Part shown: in pieces, positions 41,401 through 55,501 of the stretch
Layout of the letters: each line of letters starts with the position of its first letter
Numbering within the stretch: position 1 is the stretch's first letter
Assembly: GCF_009914755.1 (NCBI RefSeq)
Contig: NC_060925.1
DNA from: the human T2T-CHM13v2.0 reference genome, Homo sapiens
Direction: 5' to 3' (one strand)
DNA length: 64,000 nt
Notes under the pieces: model-generated
What the model saw: only the letters and a program-made list of their open reading frames with translations
Told to the model about the DNA's origin: nothing
Databases searched by the model: none
Made by a program: the position numbers and the translations under genes

Positions 41401-44400
41401 TGGAATTATCATCGAATGGAATCGAATGGTATCAACACCAAACGGAAAAAAACGGAATTATCGAATGGAATCGAAGAGAATCTTCGAACGGACCCGAATG
41501 GAATCATCTAATGGAATGGAATGGAATAATCCATGGACTCGAATGCAATCATCATCGAATGGAATGGAATGGAATCATCGAATGGACTCGAATGGAATAA
41601 TCATTGAACGGAATCGAATGGAATCATCATCGGATGGAAACGAATGGAATCATCATCGAATGGAAATGAAAGGAGTCATCATCTAATGGAATTGCATGGA
41701 ATCATCATAAAATGGAATCGAATGGAATCAACATCAAATGGAATCAAATGGAATCATTGAACGGAATTGAATGGAATCGTCATCGAATGAATTGACTGCA
41801 ATCATCGAATGGTCTCGAATGGAATCATCTTCAAATGGAATGGAATGGAATCATCGCATAGAATCGAATGGAATTATCATCGAATGGAATCGAATGGAAT
41901 CAACATCAAACGGAAAAAAACGGAATTATCGAATGGAATCGAAGAGAATCATCGAATGGACCCGAATGGAATCATCTAATGGAATGGAATGGAATAATCC
42001 ATGGACTCGAATGCAATCATCATCGAATGGAATCGAATGGAATCATCGAATGGACTCGAATGGAATAATCATTGAACGGAATCGAATGGAATCATCATCG
42101 GATGGAAATGAATGGAATCATCATCGAATGGAATCGAATAGAATTATGGAATGAAATCCAGTGTGATCATCATCGAATGGACCCGAATGGAATCATCATC
42201 CAACGGAAGCTAATGGAATCAACATCGAATGAATCGAATGGAAACACCATCGAATTGAAACGAATGGAATTATCATGAAATTGAAATGGATGGACTCATC
42301 ATCGAATGGATTCGAATGGAATCATCGAATAAAATTGATTGAAATCATCATCAAATGGAATCGAATGGTATCATTGAATGGAATCGAATGGAATCATCAT
42401 CAGATGGAAATGAATGGAATCGTTATAGAATGGAATCGAATGGATTCATTGAATGGAATCAGATGGAATCATCGAATGGACTGGAATGGAATCATTGAAT
42501 GGACTCGAAAGGGATCATGATTGAATGGAATTGAATGGAATCATCGAATGGTCTCGATTGGAATCATTATCAAATGGAATCGAATGGAATCACCGAATAG
42601 AATCGAATGGAACAATCATCGAATGGACTCAAATGGAATTATCCTCCAATGGAATCGAATGGAATTATCGAATGCAATCGAATGGAATTATCGAATGCAA
42701 TCGAATAGAGTCATCGAATGGACTCGAATGGAATCATCGAATGGAATGGAATGGAACAGTCAATGAACTCGAATGGAATCATCATTGAATGGAATCGAAT
42801 GGAATCATCGAGTGGAATCGAATGGAATTATGATCAAATGGAATCGAATGTAATCCTCATCAAATGGAATCAAAAATAACCATCATCAATTGGTATTGAA
42901 TGGAATTGTCATCAAATGGAATTCAAAGGAATCATCATCAAATGGAACCGAATGGAATCCTCATTGAATGGAAATGAAAGGGGTCATCATCTAATGGAAT
43001 CGCATGGAATCATCATCAAATGGAATCGAATGGAATCATCATCAAATGGAATCTAATGGAATCATTGAACAGAATTGAATGGAATCGTCATCGAATGAAT
43101 TGAATGCAATCATCGAATGGTCTCGAATGGAATCATCTTCTAATGGAAAGGAATGGAATCATCGCATAGAATCGAATGGAATTATCATCGAATGGAATCG
43201 AATGGTATCAACACCAAACGGAAAAAAACGGAATTATCGAATGGAATCGAAGAGAATCTTCGAACGGACCCGAATGGAATCATCTAATGGAATGGAATGG
43301 AATAATCCATGGACTCGAATGCAATCATCATCGAATGGAATGGAATGGAATCATCGAATGGACTCGAATGGAATAATCATTGAACGGAATTGAATGGAAT
43401 CATCATCGGATGGAAACGAATGGAATCATCATCGAATGGAAATGAAAGGAGTCATCATCTAATGGAATTGCATGGAATCATCATAAAATGGAATCGAATG
43501 GAATCAACATCAAATGGAATCAAATGGAATCATTGAACGGAATTGAATGGAATCGTCATCGAATGAATTGACTGCAATCATCGAATGGTCTCGAATGGAA
43601 TCATCTTCAAATGGAATGGAATGGAATCATCGCATAGAATCGAATGGAATTATCATCGAATGGAATCGAATGGAATCAACATCAAACGGAAAAAAACAGA
43701 ATTATCGTATGGAATCGAAGAGAATCATCGAATGGACCCGAATGGAATCATCTAATGGAATGGAATGGAATAATCCATGGACTCGAATGCAATCATCATC
43801 GAATGGAATCGAATGGAATCATCGAATGGACTCGAATGGAATAATCATTGAACGGAATCGAATGGAATCATCATCGGATGGAAATGAATGGAATCATCAT
43901 CGAATGGAATCGAATAGAATTATGGAATGAAATCCAGTGTGATCATCATCGAATGGACCCGAATGGAATCATCATCCAACGGAAGCTAATGGAATCAACA
44001 TCGAATGAATCGAATGGAAACACCATCGAATTGAAACGAATGGAATTATCATGAAATTGAAATGGATGGACTCATCATCGAATGGATTCGAATGGAATCA
44101 TCGAATAAAATTGACTGAAATCATCATCCAATGGAATCGAATGGTATCATTGAATGGAATCGAATGGAATCATCATCAGATGGAAATGAATGGAATCGTC
44201 ATAGAATGGAATCGAATGGATTCATTGAATGGAATCAGATGGAATCATCGAATGGACTGGAATGGAATCATTGAATGGACTCGAAAGGGATCATGATTGA
44301 ATGGAATTGAATGGAATCATCGAATGGTCTCGATTGGAATCATTATCAAATGGAATCGAATGGAATCACCGAATAGAATCGAATGGAACAATCATCGAAT

Positions 44401-47400
44401 GGACTCAAATGGAATTATCCTCAAATGGAATCAAATGGAATTATCGAATGCAATCGAATGGAATTATCGAATGCAATCGAATAGAATCATCGAAAGGACT
44501 CGAATGGAATCATCGAATGGAATGGAATGGAACAGTCAATGAACTCGAATGGAATCATCATTGAATGGAATCGAATGGAATCATCGAGTGGAATCGAATG
44601 GAATTATGATCAAATGGAATCGAATGTAATCCTCATCAAATGGAATCAAAAATAACCATCATCAATTGGTATTGAATGGAATTGTCATCAAATGGAATTC
44701 AAAGGAATCATCATCAAATGGAACCGAATGGAATCCTCATTGAATGGAAATGAAAGGGGTCATCATCTAATGGAATCGCATGGAATCATCATCAAATGGA
44801 ATCGAATGGAATCATCATCAAATGGAATCTAATGGAATCATTGAACAGAATTGAATGGAATCGTCATCGAATGAATTGAATGCAATCATCGAATGGTCTC
44901 GAATGGAATCATCTTCTAATGGAAAGGAATGGAATCATCGCATAGAATCGAATGGAATTATCATCGAATGGAATCGAATGGTATCAACACCAAACGGAAA
45001 AAAACGGAATTATCGAATGGAATCGAAGAGAATCTTCGAACGGACCCGAATGGAATCATCTAATGGAATGGAATGGAATAATCCATGGACTCGAATGCAA
45101 TCATCATCGAATGGAATGGAATGGAATCATCGAATGGACTCGAATGGAATAATCATTGAACGGAATCGAATGGAATCATCATCGGATGGAAACGAATGGA
45201 ATCATCATCGAATGGAAATGAAAGGAGTCATCATCTAATGGAATTGCATGGAATCATCATAAAATGGAATCGAATGGAATCAACATCAAATGGAATCAAA
45301 TGGAATCATTGAACGGAATTGAATGGAATCGTCATCGAATGAATTGACTGCAATCATCGAATGGTCTCGAATGGAATCATCTTCAAATGGAATGGAATGG
45401 AATCATCGCATAGAATCGAATGGAATTATCATCGAATGGAATCGAATGGAATCAACATCAAACGGAAAAAAACGGAATTATCGAATGGAATCGAAGAGAA
45501 TCATCGAATGGACCCGAATGGAATCATCTAATGGAATGGAATGGAATAATCCATGGACTCGAATGCAATCATCATCGAATGGAATCGAATGGAATCATCG
45601 AATGGACTCGAATGGAATAATCATTGAACGGAATCGAATGGAATCATCATCGGATGGAAATGAATGGAATCATCATCGAATGGAATCGAATAGAATTATG
45701 GAATGAAATCCAGTGTGATCATCATCGAATGGACCCGAATGGAATCATCATCCAACGGAAGCTAATGGAATCAACATCGAATGAATCGAATGGAAACACC
45801 ATCGAATTGAAACGAATGGAATTATCATGAAATTGAAATGGATGGACTCATCATCGAATGGATTCGAATGGAATCATCGAATAAAATTGATTGAAATCAT
45901 CATCCAATGGAATCGAATGGTATCATTGAATGGAATCGAATGGAATCATCATCAGATGGAAATGAATGGAATCGTCATAGAATGGAATCGAATGGATTCA
46001 TTGAATGGAATCAGATGGAATCATCGAATGGACTGGAATGGAATCATTGAATGGACTCGAAAGGGATCATGATTGAATGGAATTGAATGGAATCATCGAA
46101 TGGTCTCGATTGGAATCATTATCAAATGGAATCGAATGGAATCACCGAATAGAATCGAATGGAACAATCATCGAATGGACTCAAATGGAATTATCCTCCA
46201 ATGGAATCGAATGGAATTATCGAATGCAATCGAATGGAATTATCGAATGCAATCGAATAGAATCATCGAATGGACTCGAATGGAATCATCGAATGGAATG
46301 GAATGGAACAGTCAATGAACTCGAATGGAATCATCATTGAATGGAATCGAATGGAATCATCGAGTGGAATCGAATGGAATTATGATCAAATGGAATCGAA
46401 TGTAATCCTCATCAAATGGAATCAAAAATAACCATCATCAATTGGTATTGAATGGAATTGTCATCAAATGGAATTCAAAGGAATCATCATCAAATGGAAC
46501 CGAATGGAATCCTCATTGAATGGAAATGAAAGGGGTCATCATCTAATGGAATCGCATGGAATCATCATCAAATGGAATCGAATGGAATCATCATCAAATG
46601 GAATCTAATGGAATCATTGAACAGAATTGAATGGAATCGTCATCGAATGAATTGAATGCAATCATCGAATGGTCTCGAATGGAATCATCTTCTAATGGAA
46701 AGGAATGGAATCATCGCATAGAATCGAATGGAATTATCATCGAATGGAATCGAATGGTATCAACACCAAACGGAAAAAAACGGAATTATCGAATGGAATC
46801 GAAGAGAATCTTCGAACGGACCCGAATGGAATCATCTAATGGAATGGAATGGAATAATCCATGGACTCGAATGCAATCATCATCGAATGGAATGGAATGG
46901 AATCATCGAATGGACTCGAATGGAATAATCATTGCACGGAATTGAATGGAATCATCATCGGATGGAAACGAATGGAATCATCATCGAATGGAAATGAAAG
47001 GAGTCATCATCTAATGGAATTGCATGGAATCATCATAAAATGGAATCGAATGGAATCAACATCAAATGGAATCAAATGGAATCATTGAACGGAATTGAAT
47101 GGAATCGTCAACGAATGAATTGACTGCAATCATCGAATGGTCTCGAATGGAATCATCTTCAAATGGAATGGAATGGAATCATCGCATAGAATCGAATGGA
47201 ATTATCATCGAATGGAATCGAATGGAATCAACATCAAACGGAAAAAAACGGAATTATCGTATGGAATCTAAGAGAATCATCGAATGGACCCGAATGGAAT
47301 CATCTAATGGAATGGAATGGAATAATCCATGGACTCGAATGCAATCATCATCGAATGGAATCGAATGGAATCATCGAATGGACTCGAATGGAATAATCAT

Positions 47401-50182
47401 TGAACGGAATCGAATGGAATCATCATCGGATGGAAATGAATGGAATCATCATCGAATGGAATCGAATAGAATTATGGAATGAAATCCAGTGTGATCATCA
47501 TCGAATGGACCCGAATGGAATCATCATCCAACGGAAGCTAATGGAATCAACATCGAATGAATCGAATGGAAACACCATCGAATTGAAATGAATGGAATTA
47601 TCATGAAATTGAAATGGATGGACACATCATCGAATGGATTCGAATGGAATCATCGAATAAAATTGATTGAAATCATCATCAAATGGAATCGAATGGTATC
47701 ATTGAATGGAATCGAATGGAATCATCATCAGATGGAAATGAATGGAATCGTCATAGAATGGAATCGAATGGATTCATTGAATGGAATCAGATGGAATCAT
47801 CGAATGGACTGGAATGGAATCATTGAATGGACTCGAGAGGGATCATTATTGAATGGAATTGAATGGAATCATCGAATGTTCTCGATTGGAATCATTATCA
47901 AATGGAATCGAATGGAATCACCGAATAGAATCGAATGGAACAATCATTGAATGGACTCAAATGGAATTATCCTCAAATGGAATCGAATGGAATTATCGAA
48001 TGCAATCGAATGGAATTATCGAATGCAATCGAATAGAATCATCGAATGGACTCGAATGGAATCATCGAATGGAATGGAATGGAACAGTCAATGAACTCGA
48101 ATGGAATCATCATTGAATGGAATCGAATGGAATCATCGAGTGGAATCGAATGGAAATATGATCAAATGGAATCGAATGTAATCCTCATCAAATGGAATCA
48201 AAAATAACCATCATCAATTGGTATTGAATGGAATTGTCATCAAATGGAATTCAAAGGAATCATCATCAAATGGAACCGAATGGAATCCTCATTGAATGGA
48301 AATGAAAGGGGTCATCATCTAATGGAATCACATGGAATCATCATCAAATGGAATCGAATGGAATCATCATCAAATGGAATCTAATGGAATCATTGAACAG
48401 AATTGAATGGAATCGTCATCGAATGAATTGAATGCAATCATCGAATGGTCTCGAATGGAATCATCTTCTAATGGAAAGGAATGGAATCATCGCATAGAAT
48501 CGAATGGAATTATCATCGAATGGAATCGAATGGTATCAACACCAAACGGAAAAAAACGGAATTATCGAATGGAATCGAAGAGAATCTTCGAACGGACCCG
48601 AATGGAATCATCTAATGGAATGGAATGGAATAATCCATGGACTCGAATGCAATCATCATCGAATGGAATCGAATGGAATCATCGAATGGACTCGAATGGA
48701 ATAATCATTGAACGGAATCAAATGGAATCATCATCGGATGGAAACGAATGGAATCATCATCGAATGGAAATGAAAGGAGTCATCATCTAATGGAATTGCA
48801 TGGAATCATCATAAAATGGAATCGAATGGAATCAACATCAAATGGAATCAAATGGAATCATTGAACGGAATTGAATGGAATCGTCATCGAATGAATTGAC
48901 TGCAATCATCGAATGGTCTCGAATGGAATCATCTTCAAATGGAATGGAATGGAATCATCGCATAGAATCGAATGGAATTATCATCGAATGGAATCGAATG
49001 GAATCAACGTCAAACGGAAAAAAACGGAATTATCCAATGGAATCGAAGAGAATCATCGAATGGACCCGAATGGAATCATCTAATGGAATGGAATGGAATA
49101 ATCCATGGACTCGAATGCAATCATCATCGAATGGAATCGAATGGAATCATCGAATGGACTCGAATGGAATAATCATTGAACGGAATCGAATGGAATCATC
49201 ATCGGATGGAAATGAATGGAATCATCATCGAATGGAATCGAATATAATTATGGAATGAAATCCAGTGTGATCATCATCGAATGGACCCGAATGGAATCAT
49301 CATCCAACGGAAGCTAATGGAATCAACATCGAATGAATCGAATGGAAACACCATCGAATTGAAACGAATGGAATTATCATGAAATTGAAATGGATGGACT
49401 CATCATCGAATGGATTCGAATGGAATCATCGAATAAAATTGATTGAAATCATCATCCAATGGAATCGAATGGTATCATTGAATGGAATCGAATGGAATCA
49501 TCATCAGATGGAAATGAATGGAATCGTCATAGAATGGAATCGAATGGATTCATTGAATGGAATCAGAAGGAATCATCGAATGGACTGGAATGGAATCATT
49601 GAATGGACTCGAAAGGGATCATTATTGAATGGAATTGAATGGAATCATCGAATGGTCTCGATTGGAATCATTATCAAATGGAATCGAATGGAATCACCGA
49701 ATAGAATCGAATGGAACAATCATCGAATGGACTCAAATGGAATTATCCTCAAATGGAATCGAATGGAATTATCGAATGCAATCGAATGGAATTATCGAAT
49801 GCAATCGAATAGAATCATCGAATGGACTCGAATGGAATCATCGAATGGAATGGAATGGAACAGTCAATGAACTCGAATGGAATCATCATTGAATGGAATC
49901 GAATGGAATCATCGAGTGGAATCGAATGGAATTATGATCAAATGGAATCGAATGTAAACATCATCAAATGGAATCAAAAATAACCATCATCAATTGGTAT
50001 TGAATGGAATTGTCATCAAATGGAATTCAAAGGAATCATCATCAAATGGAACCGAATGGAATCCTCATTGAATGGAAATGAAAGGGGTCATCATCTAATG
50101 GAATCGCATGGAATCATCATCAAATGGAATCGAATGGAATCATCATCAAATGGAATCTAATGGAATCATTGAACAGAATTGA

Positions 50183-51949
50183 ATGGAATCGTCATCGAAT
50201 GAATTGAATGCAATCATCGAATGGTCTCGAATGGAATCATCTTCTAATGGAAAGGAATGGAATCATCGCATAGAATCGAATGGAATTATCATCGAATGGA
50301 ATCGAATGGTATCAACACCAAACGGAAAAAAACGGAATTATCGAATGGAATCGAAGAGAATCTTCGAACGGACCCGAATGGAATCATCTAATGGAATGGA
50401 ATGGAATAATCCATGGACTCGAATGCAATCATCATCGAATGGAATCGAATGGAATCATCGAATGGACTCGAATGGAATAATCATTGAACGGAATCAAATG
50501 GAATCATCATCGGATGGAAACGAATGGAATCATCATCGAATGGAAATGAAAGGAGTCATCATCTAATGGAATTGCATGGAATCATCATAAAATGGAATCG
50601 AATGGAATCAACATCAAATGGAATCAAATGGAATCATTGAACGGAATTGAATGGAATCGTCATCGAATGAATTGACTGCAATCATCCAATGGTCTCGAAT
50701 GGAATCATCTTCAAATGGAATGGAATGGAATCATCGCATAGAATCGAATGGAATTATCATCGAATGGAATCGAATGGAATCAACATAAAACGGAAAAAAA
50801 CAGAATTATCGTATGGAATCGAAGAGAATCATCGAATGGACCCGAATGGAATCATCTAATGGAATGGAATGGAATAATCCATGGACTCGAATGCAATCAT
50901 CATCGAATGGAATCGAATGGAATCATCGAATGGACTCGAATGGAATAATCATTGAACGGAATCGAATGGAATCATCATCGGATGGAAATGAATGGAATCA
51001 TCATCGAATGGAATCGAATAGAATTATGGAATGAAATCCAGTGTGATCATCATCGAATGGACCCGAATGGAATCATCATCCAACGGAAGCTAATGGAATC
51101 AACATCGAATGAATCGAATGGAAACACCATCGAATTGAAACGAATGGAATTATCATGAAATTGAAATGGATGGACTCATCATCGAATGGATTCGAATGGA
51201 TAAAATTGATTGAAATCATCATCAAATGGAATCGAATGGTATCATTGAATGGAATCGAATGGAATCATCATCAGATGGAAATGAATGGAATCGTCATAGA
51301 ATGGAATCGAATGGATTCATTGAATGGAATCAGATGGAATCATCGAATGGACTGGAATGGAATCATTGAATGGACTCGAAAGGGATCATTATTGAATGGA
51401 ATTGAATGGAATCATCGAATGGTCTCGATTGGAATCATTATCAAATGGAATCGAATGGAATCACCGAACAGAATCGAATGGAACAATCATCGAATGGACT
51501 CAAATGGAATTATCCTCAAATGGAATCGAATGGAATTATCGAATGCAATCGAATGGAATTATCGAATGCAATCGAATAGAATCATCGAATGGACTCGAAT
51601 GGAATCATCGAATGGAATGGAATGGAACAGTCAATGAACTCGAATGGAATCATCATTGAATGGAATCGAATGGAATCATCGAGTGGAATCAAATGGAATT
51701 ATGATCAAATGGAATCGAATGTAATCATCATCAAATGGAATCAAAAATAACCATCATCAATTGGTATTGAATGGAATTGTCATCAAATGGAATTCAAAGG
51801 AATCATCATCAAATGGAACCGAATGCAATCCTCATTGAATGGAAATGAAAGGGGTCATCATCTAATGGAATCGCATGGAATCATCATCAAATGGAATCGA
51901 ATGGAATCATCATCAAATGGTATCTAATGGAATCATTGAACAGAATTGA
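50183..51949 (+). repeat. 1767-bp unit with a 9-bp deletion
   Basis: TTCGAATGGATAAAATTG near 51191-51208 versus consensus TTCGAATGGAATCATCGAATAAAATTG. Confidence 0.9.
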
Positions 51950-54900
51950 ATGGAATCGTCATCGAATGAATTGAATGCAATCATCGAATGGTCTCGAATG
52001 GAATCATCTTCTAATGGAAAGGAATGGAATCATCGCATAGAATCGAATGGAATTATCATCGAATGGAATCGAATGGTATCAACACCAAACGGAAAAAAAT
52101 GGAATTATCGAATGGAATCGAAGAGAATCTTCGAACGGACCCGAATGGAATCATCTAATGGAATGGAATGGAATAATCCATGGACTCGAATGCAATCATC
52201 ATCGAATGGAATCGAATGGAATCATCGAATGGACTCGAATGGAATAATCATTGAACGGAATCGAATGGAATCATCATCGGATGGAAACGAATGGAATCAT
52301 CATCGAATGGAAATGAAAGGAGTCATCATCTAATGGAATTGCATGGAATCATCATAAAATGGAATCGAATGGAATCAACATCAAATGGAATCAAATGGAA
52401 TCATTGAACGGAATTGAATGGAATCGTCATCGAATGAATTGACTGCAATCATCGAATGGTCTCCAATGGAATCATCTTCAAATGGAATGGAATGGAATCA
52501 TCGCATAGAATCGAATGGAATTATCATCGAATGGAATCGAATGGAATCAACATCAAACGGAAAAAAACGGAATTATCGAATGGAATCGAAGAGAATCATC
52601 GAATGGACCCGAATGGAATCATCTAATGGAATGGAATGGAATAATCCATGGACTCGAATGCAATCATCATCGAATGGAATCGAATGGAATCATCGAATGG
52701 ACTCGAATGGAATAATCATTGAACGGAATCGAATGGAATCATCATCGGATGGAAATGAATGGAATCATCATCGAATGGAATCGAATAGAATTATGGAATG
52801 AAATCCAGTGTGATCATCATCGAATGGACCCGAATGGAATCATCATCCAACGGAAGCTAATGGAATCAACATCGAATGAATCGAATGGAAACACCATCGA
52901 ATTGAAATGAATGGAATTATAATGAAATTGAAATGGATGGACTCATCATCGAATGGATTCGAATGGAATCATCGAATAAAATTGATTGAAATCATCATCC
53001 AATGGAATCGAATGGTATCATTGAATGGAATCGAATGGAATCATCATCAGATGGAAATGAATGGAATCGTTATAGAATGGAATCGAATGGATTCATTGAA
53101 TGGAATCAGATGGAATCATCGAATGGACTGGAATGGAATCATTGAATGGACTCGAAAGGGATCATTATTGAATGGAATTGAATGGAATCATCGAATGGTC
53201 TCGATTGGAATCATTATCAAATGGAATCGAATGGAATCACCGAATAGAATCGAATGGAACAATCATCGAATGGGCTCAAATGGAATTATCCTCCAATGGA
53301 ATCGAATGGAATTATCGAATGCAATCGAATGGAATTATCGAATGCAATCGAATAGAATCATCGAATATACTCGAATGGAATCATCGAATGGAATGGAATG
53401 GAACAGTCAATGAACTCGAATGGAATCATCATTGAATGGAATCGAATGGAATCATCGAGTGGAATCGAATGGAATTATGATCAAATGGAATCGAATGTAA
53501 TCATCATCAAATGGAATCAAAAATAACCATCATCAATTGGTATTGAATGGAATTGTCATCAAATGGAATTCAAAGGAATCATCATCAAATGGAACCGAAT
53601 GGAATCCTCATTGAATGGAAATGAAAGGGGTCATCATCTAATGCAATCGCATGGAATCATCATCAAATGGAATCGAATGGAATCATCATCAAATGGAATC
53701 TAATGGAATCATTGAACAGAATTGAATGGAATCGTCATCGAATGAATTGAATGCAATCATCGAATGGTCTCGAATGGAATCATCTTCTAATGGAAAGGAA
53801 TGGAATCATCGCATAGAATCGAATGGAATTATCATCGAATGGAATCAAATGGTATCAACACCAAACGGAAAAAAACGGAATTATCGAATGGAATCGAAGA
53901 GAATCTTCGAACGGACCCGAATGGAATCATCTAATGGAATGGAATGGAATAATCCATGGACTCGAATGCAATCATCATCGAATGGAATCGAATGGAATCA
54001 TCGAATGGACTTGAATGGAATAATCATTGAACGGAATCGATTGGAATCATCATCGGATGGAAACGAATGGAATCATCATCGAATGGAAATGAAAGGAGTC
54101 ATCATCTAATGGAATTGCATGGAATCATCATAAAATGGAATCGAATGGAATCAACATCAAATGGAATCAAATGGAATCATTGAACGGAATTGAATGGAAT
54201 CGTCATCGAATGAATTGACTGCAATCATCCAATGGTCTCGAATGGAATCATCTTCAAGTGGAATGGAATGGAATCATCGCATAGAATCGAATGGAATTAT
54301 CATCGAATGGAATCGAATGGAATCAACATCCAACGGAAAAAAACGGAATTATCGAATGGAATCGAAGAGAATCATCGAATGGACCCGAATGGAATCATCT
54401 AATGGAATGGAATGGAATAATCCATGGACTCGAATGCAATCATCATCGAATGGAATCGAATGGAATCATCGAATGGACTCGAATGGAATAATCATTGAAC
54501 GGAATCGAATGGAATCATCATCGGATGGAAATGAATGGAATCATCATCGAATGGAATCGAATAGAATTATGGAATGAAATCCAGTGAGATCATCATCGAA
54601 TGGACCCGAATGGAATCATCATCCAACGGAAGCTAATGGAATCAACATCGAATGAATCAAATGGAAACACCATCGAATTGAAACGAATGGAATTATCATG
54701 AAATTGAAATGGATGGACTCATCATCGAATGGATTCGAATGGAATCATCGAATAAAATTGATTGAAATCATCATCGAATGGAATCGAATGGTATCATTGA
54801 ATGGAATCGAATGGAATCATCATCAGATGGAAATGAATGGAATCGTCATAGAATGGAATCGAATGGATTCATTGAATGGAATCAGATGGAATCATCGAAT

Positions 54901-55501
54901 GGACTGGAATGGAATCATTGAATGGACTCGAAAGGGATCATGATTGAATGGAATTGAATGGAATCATCGAATGGTCTCGATTGGAATCATTATCAAATGG
55001 AATCGAATGGAATCACCGAATAGAATCGAATGGAACAATCATCGAATGGACTCAAATGGAATTATCCTCAAATGGAATCGAATGGAATTATCGAATGCAA
55101 TCGAATGGAATTATCGATTGCAATCGAATAGAATGATCGAATGGACTCGAATGGAATCATCGAATGGAATGGAATGGAACAGTCAATGAACTCGAATGGA
55201 ATCATCATTGAATGGAATCGAATGGAATCATCGAGTGGAATCGAATGGAATTATGATCAAATGGAATCGAATGTAATCATCATCAAATGGAATCAAAAAT
55301 AACCATCATCAATTGGTATTGAATGGAATTGTCATCAAATGGAATTCAAAGGAATCATCATCAAATGGAACCGAATGGAATCCTCATTGAATGGAAATGA
55401 AAGGGGTCATCATCTAATGGAATCGCATGGAATCATCATCTAATGGAATCGAATGGAATCATCATCAAATGGAATCTAATGGAATCATTGAACAGAATGG
55501 A

